A stretch of 64,000 nucleotides of DNA, from positions 4,092,001 through 4,156,000 of the forward strand of contig OZ024758.1 in assembly GCA_964016885.1 (NCBI GenBank), read 5' to 3'. The notes beneath the pieces are model-generated. The model did not search any database, had not been told where the DNA came from, and saw nothing but the letters and a program-made list of their open reading frames with translations. The stretch is from Eledone cirrhosa. Taxonomy: Eukaryota. This document shows, in pieces, positions 27,725 to 39,647 of this stretch (the stretch's first letter is position 1; each line of letters starts with the position of its first letter). The position numbers were made by a program, and so were the translations under genes.

Positions 27725-27915
27725 TATTCAATTGAAGAAAGTTGATTGAAAATCTGTCGACTTATTCTTTACATGTAAAGCACTCCACCTTTTTTTTGTT
27801 CATGAGGAAGTTGATTATAATAATAAACAAGAAAGACGGTTTCATTTGGCCATCTCTAGTTATTTTGTACAACATAAATAAGGATGACCAAATAAAACCG
27901 TCTTTCTTGTTTATC

Positions 27916-27920
<5 letters not shown>
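27725..27920. mobile_element. Family G fold-back element with half hammerhead
   Basis: 32-bp arms ataaacaagaaagacggtttcatttggccatc / gatgaccaaataaaaccgtctttcttgtttat; minus strand GAAAC-C-GUC. Confidence 0.6.
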
Positions 27921-27972
<52 letters not shown>

Positions 27973-28190
27973 TTGTAAGGTTTTTGATATGAAATCATGT
28001 GTCGAACCAAATATTGTTATACTTGGGGAGGGACATATTATTCTAATATTGCCAGAAATAATAACGGAGCCCACTCACTGTTTGGTTGGTTTTCGTTTCT
28101 GGTGCGTGTGTTTCTTATTGGCAACATGATCCTCCCAAAGTATAACAATATCGATTTCAACACACGTTTTCAGATAAAGAATCTTTCTAA
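27973..28190. repeat. Diverged long inverted repeat between TA tracts
   Basis: atattgttatacttggggagg / cctcccaaagtataacaatat core, imperfect arms of about 70 bp. Confidence 0.65.
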
Positions 28191-28205
28191 ACAAATTCAG
28201 AAACG

Positions 28206-28243
<38 letters not shown>

Positions 28244-29309
28244 GGGTGGAGTTGTGCAGACGACTTAGTTGCGCGTAGTCCCTGATAGCCTTACGTAAAT
28301 GAGGATTGAAGGATAGGCTTGACATCGGGTGAGTGAGCTATAGAAAGCTGGAAGAAAAGTGGAAAGAAGAAGGAGGTATATGTGCATATAATTAGACCAT
28401 ATTTCCCTACCAATGTCTTCCGTTCAAATTACAAATTTAATATATATGTATATTTCTATAACTTTTCCTCCTCGTAGCTATCTTAAAGTGTCGTATATAA
28501 ACCTGTAATAGAGCCAGAATGTGTTGAAAATATCCTGAAAATATGGAATCTGAATCAAGTTACCTTTACTTATCTTCAATTTAAAACATCTGAGGTGTCC
28601 CTATCTTCTGAAGAATGACTACTTTAGCATGTTCTATAAAATAATTTTGCTATATGGCCTTGGGAAGATTTCTTCTCAGGAAAATTATCTTAAGTGTCCA
28701 GTCTTTTGTATGTTCAGAAATGACAATTTTCTAAATATGGTATCACTCGTAGATATATCTTAAACAGAAAATATAATTTGGTGGCCAATTGAATGTCTGG
28801 TTTAGAGGTGTAATAGATGTTATGGTGATATATTCTTGTTAAAACTCCATCTCAGCTTAGTTTGTCGCATTGAAAATTGTTTACGTAATAAATATTGCTT
28901 TCAAATTTGTTACAGAGGTAATATAAATTAGATGGTTACTCTTCATGCTAAATGACAATTTCTTTTTAAATGCAGAAACTTGTGTCGTTTTTTTCTTCTT
29001 ATATTTTAGCACGAATAGAAAAATAATTGAATTTACATAAAATATAAAATGTCAGAATACCACGAGTAATACATATCCATCCTGTATTAAAAATGGAAAA
29101 TAACACTTTAAAAATTATTGAAAAATATAAAATTACAAATGAAGGACACATATCTCTAGAGTTGAGATAGACATTGGCAGTCTCAACACCTACTAACGAT
29201 AATGCTGGTCTATCCGGGATCACACCATCTCACACAAGCCAAACGCAGTCCAGTGAAGTGAAGAGACGAGAGAGAAAACATTAATTACAATATGTGTATG
29301 TGTGGGTTG

Positions 29310-29464
29310 CAGACCTGCCAACCTCTAAAATCCCATACGGTGAAAAAAAGTGCTCGATAGGCAGAAATGAGGCAAAATAGGGAGATTTTACGTAATGAAA
29401 GCTATACCCATTTTCCCCAAAACGGGAAGGTCTCCCTGCCGGACGGGGAGAGTCGACAGATCTG
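29310..29464. mobile_element. MITE with CAGACCTGCCAAC-type TIR, apparent 6-bp TSD
   Basis: TIR cagacctgccaac / gtcgacagatctg; flanks gggttg / gcgttg; relative at 45483-45810. Confidence 0.7.
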
Positions 29465-29959
29465 GCGTTGAGTCTCTGTGTGTGTGTGTATGTGTATAAC
29501 ATCATACATACAGATATACAGATATACACACAAATGAGACTGCCTGTCTTCCATGGCGGAATCACTAAGAATTGTTGTACGCTACGACCGCTTTAATAGT
29601 AAACATTTTTTGGCCTAAAAACTAATAATATAGTTTTATAAGACATAGTTTTTTTCCACTAATCTTTATTGTTGTTTTAGTCGTTTTCATTATTTCTCGA
29701 GATGTAACTATTGATGTTATTTCTCTTAGATATTTTCTTCGTGTAGTTCTTTTGTAATTTGTAATGGAGATGGATTTTTTTCTGTTTATATTAGTTTAGT
29801 TTTATGTGGTTCTTCAGTGCGGTATGTCTCTTGAGATTAGCAATTTACTACCTTGCACCTCCTCCTTCTCCTCTTTATATTCATGCTCCACATGTCTCCA
29901 TCTCCCCCTCCTCATTCACTTGTCCATCATTACACTTCTTCCCCTCTTCCTCTTCCCCC

Positions 29960-29989
<30 letters not shown>

Positions 29990-29991
<2 letters not shown>

Positions 29992-30481
29992 CGGTAGAGG
30001 GTCGGACGCCATGCTTTGCAGCAAAGAATTACGGTCTGTTATGGTCTAAGTCTAAATCTCGCCGAGGTTAACTTTGCCTTTCATCCGTACGGGCTCGATA
30101 AAATAGAGTACCAGTAATGCACTCGGATAATTGCTGGCCTTGTGCCAAAAGTAGAAACAATTATTATTGTTATTTATCGTGTTGCTATCCTTCATCTTCT
30201 TACTTTGCTTTTTATCCTTACGGGGTCGATAAAAAACAAATTGTCGGCCTTGTGCTTAAAGTAGAAACAGTTATTGTTCGGTAGTGGGTCGGACGCCATG
30301 CTTTGCAGCATATAGTTACGTACCTTTGCGATTTGAGTTCAAATCCCGCCGAGGTTAATTTTGTCTTTCATCCTTACGAGGTCGGTAAAATAAGTACCAG
30401 TCATACATTGTGGTCGATTTAATCGACTACCACCAGCCCAAATTGCTGTCATTGTCCCTGTATAAGAAACCATTATTATTA
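29990..30481 (+). mobile_element. Tandem cluster of three SINE pieces (29990-30168, 30202-30275, 30278-30481)
   Basis: Repeated consensus segments starting right after an (ATT)n run. Confidence 0.85.
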
Positions 30482-30816
30482 TCCTAATCACTACGATGTC
30501 AGGTCATCCGTGTTTCTTCTATTTATAGGCCTCGAATGCTTATATTCGGCAATAACTTAACACTTTTATCTTTCGCACATATTCTAGTTTGTGCTGATAC
30601 ATTTTTTGAACCTATCAAGTCCATATCTCTTGCATAACATCAAATGTAGCTTAGTTCAATGTCACATCTCCTTTTGTATTGACTTTGTACTAATGATTTG
30701 CAGCCGTGGACAAATTGCAACATACTCTCCACTAGAATCCCGAACAATCTACATATGTTTCAGATCCATTTTGAAAGTTGTTCTTCTTGAGATACTGCAG
30801 AATTGCCATTATTGCT

Positions 30817-30945
30817 TTGGCAGTATCGGCAGAGGGTCGGACGCCATGCTTTGTAGCATACAGTGACGTACGTTTAGGGATTGAGTTCAAATCCCGCCCT
30901 TTATCCTTACGGGGTCGATAAAACTAAATCCCAGTCAAGTATTGA
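30817..30945 (+). mobile_element. tRNA-derived SINE (main family), internally deleted
   Basis: ttggcagtatcggcagagggtcggacgccatgc...gagttcaaatcccgcc. Confidence 0.8.
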
Positions 30946-31192
30946 GGCAGATATAAGCAAACGGAAGTAATAAGTGATCTCTCTCTCTTTCTCTCTCTCA
31001 CACACACACACACTCTACTAATCGATTTGCATACTAATCGATTTGCATATATATATATATATATACATACATATACATACATATCCACACACACACACAC
31101 AGACATATATATATATATATTTATCTACTTTCTATCTATTTATCCATATATATATATATGTGTGTGTGTGTCTGTGGATAAATAGATAGAAA

Positions 31193-31241
<49 letters not shown>

Positions 31242-31399
31242 GATGTCTCCTTTTCTCCATCGCTCTCTATATATATAGTGCGAGAGATGGGGGGATAAAC
31301 ATAGAGAGCGAGGGATAGAAAGAGTAAAGGAGAAGAAGCTGTATGTATATATATGTGCGTACATATTAATGCATGTATGTATATATATATATATATGTA

Positions 31400-31952
31400 G
31401 ATAAATCTACCAAGAGTTTACGGTAGTGTCCAATCCGTATGAAGAACTCAATGTAATCCGGATATCATGGAAAGAAGAGATGCAATGAAAAATCACTTTC
31501 GGTGAAAGATAAATGGAATACAGACTCAAGATAAAATATTAAAAAAATAATGAATAAAACAATGAAACAGTTCCTTATATTAAATAAAAAAAGTTCATTA
31601 TTTAACGATCGTTTCTAGGATATATATGTGTTAGAATTGGCATGTATATTCAACAGATCTATGTACAAAATTATACAAAATTATACAAACTATCAAAATT
31701 AAATATACATACCAACACATATATATGCCGTCTTCAAAAATATTTCTGAAGACGGCATATATATGTGTTGGTATGTATATTTAATTTTGATAGTTTGTAT
31801 AATTTTGTATAATTTTGTACATAGATCTGTTGAATATACATGCCAATTCTAATACATATATATCCTAGAAACGATCGTTAAATAATGAACTTTTTTTATT
31901 TAATATAAGGAACTGTTTCATTGTTTTATTCATTATTTTTTTAATATTTTAT
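31400..31952. mobile_element. Family H fold-back element with 422-bp near-perfect palindrome (31531-31952)
   Basis: 211-bp arms, no spacer, centre 31741/31742; I noted 2 mismatches by eye; TA flanks. Confidence 0.8.
31741..31884 (+). ncRNA. Type I hammerhead ribozyme with about 115-nt stem II
   Basis: UAUUU CUGAAGA [31753-31867 long hairpin] GAAAC GAUC GUU AAAUA; palindromic stem III ACGAUCGU. Confidence 0.65.
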
Positions 31953-32419
31953 GTATATATATATATATATTTTAACTTATCGAGAGATAAGGAAAAGTAA
32001 GTAAAAAGCATGAACATATATCAGTAGATCTCCTTACACACCCATCTAACAACAACATTAGTGGCTTTATCTTTATGTTATATATGTATATATTTACTTT
32101 TCGTTCTTTATATTTAGCTTGATCTTGGATGATGTTTGTTTAAATGTTCTTTATCTTCTGTGTGCAGGGAAACGGGGTCGCATAGGATGGCGACTAGGAA
32201 GCGTGACACTCTCTTCCAAGTAGACTCAGATCGTTGCTAGTGTTTATTTATTCTTTATTTGCTTAGAACCAGCTTTGGTTTACCATACAAGAACACGTGC
32301 AATATTCACTAACAGTTCAATTTGTTCATGTGGTTGTTGTTGTTGTTTTTGGTTCGCTTCGGTCATATAAAAAAAATATGTTTGTTTTTTTCTTTATGTA
32401 TTTTATACTCTTTTTACTT

Positions 32420-32436
32420 TCTCTTTCTCTCTCGCT

Positions 32437-32533
<97 letters not shown>

Positions 32534-32674
32534 TATATAAACAGTAATAAGGTGTGTAGTTATCTGTCTATATGTGCGTATGTACGAATCAGTTCGGAAT
32601 GCCTCTGTCTATGAGTATTTGTGTGTGTGTCTGTGCGTGTCGTGTGTGTATGTGTGTACGGGCGTATGTGTGTC

Positions 32675-32740
<66 letters not shown>
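32420..32740. repeat. (CT)n/(TA)n/(TG)n microsatellites
   Basis: Visible directly. Confidence 0.9.
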
Positions 32741-32742
<2 letters not shown>

Positions 32743-33649
32743 AAAGATCGAAAGAGAGAAATTGTGAGTGTTTGTGTGAGTGTTTGTGTGAGTGTTTGTG
32801 TGTGTATCTATATATGTGTGTGTGTTTATATATGAGTGCGTGTATGTGTATAAATGTGAAAGGAGGTACAGATAGAACATTGGATTTTGCTTTTTAGCCT
32901 GAAGAACGAAACGGAATACTTAAATAAACAGCAGAAAACGAGAGAGGTTCTCAAAAACTTTTGTTAATAGTTTTTGATCTTTATTTTCCTTCTGTGGAAT
33001 ATATTGTTGTTATTCTTATTGTTCGTGTTTTTATGAGTTTTTTTTTCGTAAAGTAAACTGATACAGTTTCCTTAGTAAAAGAGATAAGTAGTAGAGATAA
33101 GAACACATATATATTTGACCCAACATTTGATGTTACTTTCCTCCATGGAAGGAATGAGGACGTTTGATGATCTCTCTCTCTCTCTGTCTCTCTCTATATA
33201 TATTATATATATATATATATATATCTATAAGGTAGAACACTGGAATTTAATAGGGTTCTTATATATTTGATATATATTTATTCTTATCAGCCCTCTTTGG
33301 ATTTAATCTTCGGATTTATTATTATTAATATATATATATATATATATACTATAAAGTAAAGCATGTCCATAGAATCATTTGATAATATATATACATCATT
33401 TCTTCTCACAATTAGCATAATTAACCACACAAAAAATCAATTAGACCAGGCTATAAGATTAAAAGGCACCTATGAAGAAACAGTAAATAAATAAACGATA
33501 CCAGCTTTTTTGCAGCCAACCGCTATAGAATTATTACCCAACATTTCAACAGCACGTGAAAATTAATTAAATATACGGTCAACCATACATAATTAGGTAA
33601 AAATTAATGTTAGAAATGCTTATATATATACCAGGATTAAATCACTAAA

Positions 33650-33726
33650 TCCCGACCCATGGGTTTCGTCCTCATTTTGAGATATCCTATTAAGGATAAA
33701 TCTCGAGTTTCGAACTCTTCAGGGTA
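33650..33726 (-). ncRNA. Type I hammerhead ribozyme, intact core, 48-nt stem II, within PLE-like fragment 33631-33990
   Basis: UACC CUGAAGA GUUC...GAGAUUUAUCCUUAAUAGGAUAUCUC...GGAC GAAAC CCAUGG GUC GGGA; palindromic stem III ACCCAUGGGU; GUC triplet; stem I weak. Confidence 0.75.
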
Positions 33727-34399
33727 CAAACTCGCTATGACAGATTATTTTCTGAAGTGGGCCCCGCCAAAAAGGAATTCCAAATGGCTGAGAACTGTGA
33801 AGTGGCAGTGGTCAAGTCAGAAAGAGTGTGATTGGTTGCTTACGGCGAGTGGGTTCGTTGCTAGAAGCACAGCCCAATATCGTCCAAATTGCATCTCAAA
33901 CTTATGGGAGATTATTAAATATAAATATTTACATATACACCAATTAGACAAAGTCACAGATATATATGTGTTTTGGCAACCATTCACGATGTGGCTCAAT
34001 GAAGAATGATATATATATATATATATATTTATATATATGTATATATATATATTTCTCTCTACCTCATTCTAACACTCATGTGCTCTCTCTTCGATGTGTG
34101 TGTCACGGAATTGTTCGGTCCACCTATTCAAGCCTATTCAGAATTACCCTAATCAATTGTATGACAAGGTTAAACGTTCCAAGTACAGTTCATTCGACTA
34201 TCTTCCATAGAGTCATCATCATCCTAAGACTTAAATAAACCAGTGGCTTTGGCATAACACGTTTACGGAATTTTAGTGATAGGTATTGAAACATGCCGTT
34301 ACGATTGGCTGATGAATTTATTAGACCTGCTTTCTGAAACAAGCATTAATCTAAAATGTATACATAAATTTGAGCGACTTCAGTCCGTTCGTCCGCCAC

Positions 34400-34740
34400 A
34401 CACTAGAGATGGTTGAGGAAAGATGGGAGGATGCCGTCATACACTAAAATGATGACGGAAGAAGGGGTGATGCCGTCAAACACTAGAGATGGTGATGAAG
34501 GAAGGGGTGATGACATCAAACACTAGAGATGATGATGAAAGGGGTGATGACGTCACACACTAGTGATGATGATGCATGAAGGGGTGATGACGTCATACAC
34601 TAGAGAGGGTTGAGGAGGGAAAGGCTGATGACGTCACACACTAGAAATAATGATGAAGGTAGGGGTAATGACGTCAAACACTAGAGATGGTTGACGAAGG
34701 AAAGGGTGATGACGTTACACACTATAGAAGATTGATGATT
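34400..34740. repeat. Minisatellite, about 40-bp unit, about 8.5 copies, containing TGACGTCA
   Basis: Unit acactagagatggtgatgaaggaaggggtgatgacgtcaa. Confidence 0.9.
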
Positions 34741-35045
34741 TTGAATGTATATGTGTGTATGTGTGAATGTATGTCTGTGGGTGCGTATGTTCTAAGTGTG
34801 TCTGTGTTTGCGCGATTATAATAATATAATCATATACATGTCAGGTGTTTTGAAAATAATTCTCATATAGATCAAATTCCCCAAGCATAAATCATTAATG
34901 TATTATATTAAGGAATATAACCAGAAATACAATTGTTTACGAGCCTGTGTGTATACAATATATATACACATTTGCTAACACTTACTCTCGGGTATGTGTA
35001 TTCAAATATAGACATGAATATATATGGATGCAGAATATATACCCC

Positions 35046-35545
35046 CAAGAGTGCGTACTGTCACTTCTCCTGTTCATAATTTGCATGAACTGGATTTACA
35101 TACGCAGCCGGGTTCCAAGTGATATCACGACTGGCGGGTGTAAGATCAGTCGGTTGGAATTTGCAGATGACATGGTATTATTTAATTCGTCAGTAGGGTA
35201 TCTTCCACATGCACTTGAAATGTTTGTTGCTGAGAGTTGCACGGCTTGAATGATGTGCTGTGAAATTCCTTTCAAAGAAGACTTTGCAGTGCAATCTAAC
35301 AGTGAAATAAGTTCCATTGAAGCAGGTAGAGAGGCTCCAGAACCTTGAGGCTATGTTTGCGAGTGATGGAAAGCAGGAGGTGGAATTTAGTGCAAGAATT
35401 TCAGGAGCTGGTGCATTATACACCAGCTTCAGCAATGTTTGCAATCAGAAGAAGAAAGATAAGTGTAAGAACCAAAGCTGGTTCAGGTTCCAAAAATCAG
35501 CAGAAAATAAATACCATTGAAACATCTGAGATAAATCTTTTCCAG
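35046..35545 (+). pseudogene. Decayed RTE-clade LINE reverse transcriptase fragment
   Basis: QECVLSLLLF (cf. QGCVLSPLLF), LEFADDMVL, LKQVERLQNLEAMFASDG...ARI; stops and frameshifts. Confidence 0.85.
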
Positions 35546-35630
35546 AAAATATTTTCTTTGATGATATATTTGTTTGTGTTTTATTACTGTCTATAAGCAG
35601 ATTTCAACAGAATGTTGCTCCTCATCAGGA

Positions 35631-35673
<43 letters not shown>

Positions 35674-35680
35674 AAAGGTA

Positions 35681-35770
35681 TATATTGAGTTAGAAACTCA
35701 AAATAGTCTCTTACAATTAAATAGCTCAAGGAAAGACATTTTTCCGAGCCGTATATCATAATTGAATATA
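35681..35770 (-). mobile_element. Family F element, second copy
   Basis: attgagttagaaactcaaaatagtc...ttccgagccgta...taattga matches 24825-24960. Confidence 0.6.
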
Positions 35771-35991
35771 AAAGAGTGATAAACACAGATATATACATAT
35801 ATGTGTTCAAATCGTATGGGACCAGATTCGCTAGGGTGAAAAAAATACTAACTATGAACTGAACAATAAATAGGGTTTGCCAGACTCAATTTAAAAGAAT
35901 AGATTTAAAAGAATAAATTAAAAAGAAAAGAATACAAACCGAAATTCTCACAACTATCAAACACCCATTTTTTCTTTCTTAATTTATTCTT

Positions 35992-36111
35992 TTAAATCGA
36001 CCCTAGTGCATGACTGGTTCTTTATGTTATCGACCCCGTCTTTGTTTGCGCGTAACACTATGCTGCAAAGCATGGCGTCCGACCCTCTACCGATACTGCC
36101 AATCCACTGCC
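35992..36111 (-). mobile_element. tRNA-derived SINE with central deletion
   Basis: Head gcatggcgtccgaccctctaccgatactgccaatccac and body atcgacccc. Confidence 0.8.
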
Positions 36112-36731
36112 TTAATGTTGATGGTTTATATATGAGTATCTAAGTATTGAGTTCTCGGAGTAAAGTGGACTCGGCTCTCGACACGTAAGAGCAGCCAAAT
36201 CGGATAGGAACAAATATTTGGCGTCATACTGACGTAAAAGATCCAGGAACTATACTACAAAGCAAGACTATTTAGACAGAAAAACAGAAGAATATTGGAA
36301 ACTTTCAAATAAATATTTTAAATGTAAAATGAAAATAAAGAATCACGGCATAATCATAGGATTTACTCTACAGAATGAATCAATTAAATTAGAGATTATT
36401 GTGATATATATTAGTAAAACTCGCAGACAATTATTTTAATTGTCTGAAGTAAAAAATGAAGAATCAACAACAAGAGAAAAATGATAGAAATAAATTGTTT
36501 ACGAAAGCCGCTGGGATTTGAGAAATAATGTCAGTAAAGTCAATAAATCAATCATATATACATAGACACATATACACATACGCAGACAGGCTTGTCCATA
36601 TATACATAGACTACACATAGGCACATACACAGGCATGTCCATATACATACACATATAGACACACATACACACAGACATATCCATATTAATAGACATTTAT
36701 ATACACACATTCGCAGACACACACACATGTC

Positions 36732-36765
<34 letters not shown>

Positions 36766-36810
36766 TTATATACGTACATATATATACCCATATATGTCCG
36801 CGCATGTATT

Positions 36811-36847
<37 letters not shown>

Positions 36848-37040
36848 ATGTGTGTGTGTGGGGGGGGGGTATGTGTGTGTGTGCGTGATAGTCTGTGTAT
36901 GTACGTGTGAATAATTGTGTATGACTGTACACGTACTCATGTGTCTAAATCAAAGTATATATTTAAATGTATTCCTATATATGTCTATAAATATATATAC
37001 ACACAAACATATGCATATATATACATATATATATACATAC

Positions 37041-37088
<48 letters not shown>

Positions 37089-37768
37089 GTCTGTGTTGCA
37101 ACGATTTATTCAGAAAATACAAATGAATGTGAAATAGCAGAATAAAAAAGAAATAAGCACTCAGAAACCATCAATATTACAATTCAACATTTGTTTAAAA
37201 CATAAAGCAGCAATAGCTTTAAACTGAAATTTTTAAAGTTACTTTATTCATATCGAAAATTCTGACTGGTTAGTAGTATAATTTTATCCGTTTCTTTGCC
37301 CTCTAGAGAGAGATGGATGAAACGAGTGGAGGATAGAAATAACTCAATAAGTTAGTGAGAGTGGCATAAACATGTCGAAAGTAAGATATATACTTGAAAG
37401 AATAGATATGTCTAGTAAGGCGGGTAGAATATGGACATGATGGTGGAAGCATTGATTTAAAAAAAAAAAATATATATATATATACACCGAAAGCGCGTGG
37501 GCCTCCATTTATTTATAATAGTGAGGCATAGGCAGAGCAGGAGAGACGGCCGCAGTACTAGTGTGAGTTTGGTTCCTTTGTGTTCAGACCTGGTGTATAT
37601 GTATATTTTTTACGGACACATATCACACTAATGTAGGAGTAATATTTAAAAAAAATGGGTATAAAGGAAAATGATGATTACAGCCTAAATTAGATAACAT
37701 TAGTCCTATAACTTTAGTAAATATGTTTCTCTAGATGTTATCTATAGATATATAACGACGTCTCTGTT

Positions 37769-38108
37769 ATCATCCGAGCTGTGTGACATTAGAAGTTTTT
37801 ACTATCATTGGAGCAGTGTGACATTAGGAGCTTGCAATAGCATCGCAGCAGTGGGACATTCGAAGCTTGTACCTTTATCGGAGCTGTGTAAAGTTAGAAG
37901 CTTGTACTATCATCGGAGCAGTGGGACATTAGAAGCTTGTAATATCATCTGAGCAGTGGGACATTAGAAGCTTGTAATATAATCGGAGCTGTGTGACATT
38001 AGAATATTTTACTATCATCGGAGCAGTGGGACATTAGAAGCTTTTAATATCATCGGAGCAGTGTGACATTATAAGTGTTCACTATCATCAGAGTAGTGTG
38101 ACGTTAGT
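37769..38108. repeat. Minisatellite, 35-bp unit, about 10 copies
   Basis: Unit tcatcggagcagtgtgacattagaagcttgtacta. Confidence 0.9.
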
Positions 38109-38367
38109 AGTTTATGAGACGGAATTTCCATGATTTACAGAAATCATAACCTCATAAGACGTGTATAGCAAATTTCGGATGTAACTCTGGTTTTTGTGCA
38201 GACTTCAATTAAATTCAGTCAAAATCGATTTAAATCAATAACCTTTTAATTCCTGAAGCTGTCCAGCGTAGAGTTGGATGAATCTCTGTCACCAGAGGTA
38301 GTTCCGTTGTATTATACTAAACAATAGTCTAGCGGTCACTGGGGTAACCTTCTAGCTTTACTTCAAG

Positions 38368-38891
38368 CAGAGGTTCTCAAACCTTTTGGGCCACCCCCTC
38401 ACGGTAATCTAGTACCCTCAGCGCCCCCACCCATATTTCCAGAGAGACCTCCCTACACGTAAATTGAAATAATATATAATAAATAAAATCGTTAATATGT
38501 ATATATAATGGTTTCTTATATAGCCACAATGCCAGCCATTTTGGAGGCGGCGAATGTCGATTAAATCGACTCCAGTGCGTGACTGGTACTTTATTTTATT
38601 GACCACGTAAGGATGAAAGGCAAAGTTAATCTGCGGGATTTTAACTCAGAACGTAAAGGGTCATACTGCTAAACCACCGCCCTAATATGTATATATAATA
38701 AATAATATAATATATACTATGTAGAATTAAATATATATCTTTCATTTTACTATATTTATATATAATGTATCATTTGATATTCAATATACTATTATATCAT
38801 CTCTACCACCACCCCACCACCACTCTTTAGACCCCGTGCTGGACCTTTTCAACGCCGCCCGGGGGCGGTACACCCACTTTGAGGACCTCTG
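38368..38891. mobile_element. hAT/Charlie-type MITE interrupted by a SINE
   Basis: TIR cagaggttctcaaa / tttgaggacctctg; TSD not convincing. Confidence 0.7.
38507..38682 (-). mobile_element. tRNA-derived SINE nested in MITE, 17-bp TSD
   Basis: taatatgtatatataat at 38493-38509 and 38683-38699. Confidence 0.9.
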
Positions 38892-39240
38892 GCTTAGGTC
38901 ATTCAGAATAGTTTGTCTCTCTTAGAAAACAAATATATATATGTGGTGTACAAATGTATATCAGAATTCTGAGAAACCTAGGAGGCGATAACAAGACAAG
39001 AAATTAACCAACACATATCATCTTTACACTGAAATTGGCCCATGGACTGCTTCTGTTCAGAGCTCCAGGCAAAATGAAACAGAAAATTTACATTGTCTAT
39101 AATGAATCATCCTTAGAATGTACTTAGTGGAATTCTAGAGCAACTAGTGAATGAAAATAGAGATTGTCTACATCACATTATTGTCTTCGTAGTGTAAGCC
39201 CAATAATGTATGTGCTAATTATATATATCTACTCTCAAAT

Positions 39241-39271
<31 letters not shown>

Positions 39272-39314
39272 GAGAGAGAGCGATATATGTAAATGTATAT
39301 ATAGATACATATAA

Positions 39315-39329
39315 ACACACACACACACA

Positions 39330-39423
<94 letters not shown>
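39315..39423. repeat. (CA)n microsatellite
   Basis: Visible directly. Confidence 0.95.
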
Positions 39424-39424
<1 letters not shown>

Positions 39425-39633
39425 CTTGTAATAAGTTTTGGATACAAAGACGCAAATGGAAAGAATCAAAGTAACAATTTGCAAGAACCAAGAAAAAAAC
39501 GAAAAATATAAAAAAATAAAAAACAAAAAAAAAAACAAAAACATTTTTTTCGAGGGGAAAATACGGTTAACTTAAGGTTTCTTGTCTAAAATAATTAAAA
39601 AGAAGAAAAACTTTGATATCTTTTTGATTCGCT

Positions 39634-39647
39634 GTAACCATAGCAAC
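39634..39647. promoter_or_regulatory. RFX X-box consensus match
   Basis: GTAACCATAGCAAC fits GTNRCC-AT-RGYAAC; function unverified. Confidence 0.3.

Noticed and set aside
28500-28990. Possible old transposase relic (also 1880-2640)
   Set aside because: No motif I can identify with confidence without a search
32150-32225. Possible small exon after pyrimidine tract plus CAG
   Set aside because: Weak donor site, no recognisable coding content or neighbouring exons
32899-32915. CTGAAGA-AC-GAAAC
   Set aside because: No stem II, III or I pairing
33255-33325. Apparent minus-strand CUGAUAA hammerhead-like motif
   Set aside because: The sequence aligns with the tail of the 11733 element, where the motif is not conserved; coincidental
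35902-35998. 28-bp AT-rich inverted repeat
   Set aside because: Low complexity and no ribozyme or TIR hallmark; noted only
37769-38108. 35-bp periodic array resembling CRISPR spacing (also 5626 and 34400 arrays)
   Set aside because: Units are tandem and diverged with no unique spacers; eukaryotic context; ordinary minisatellites
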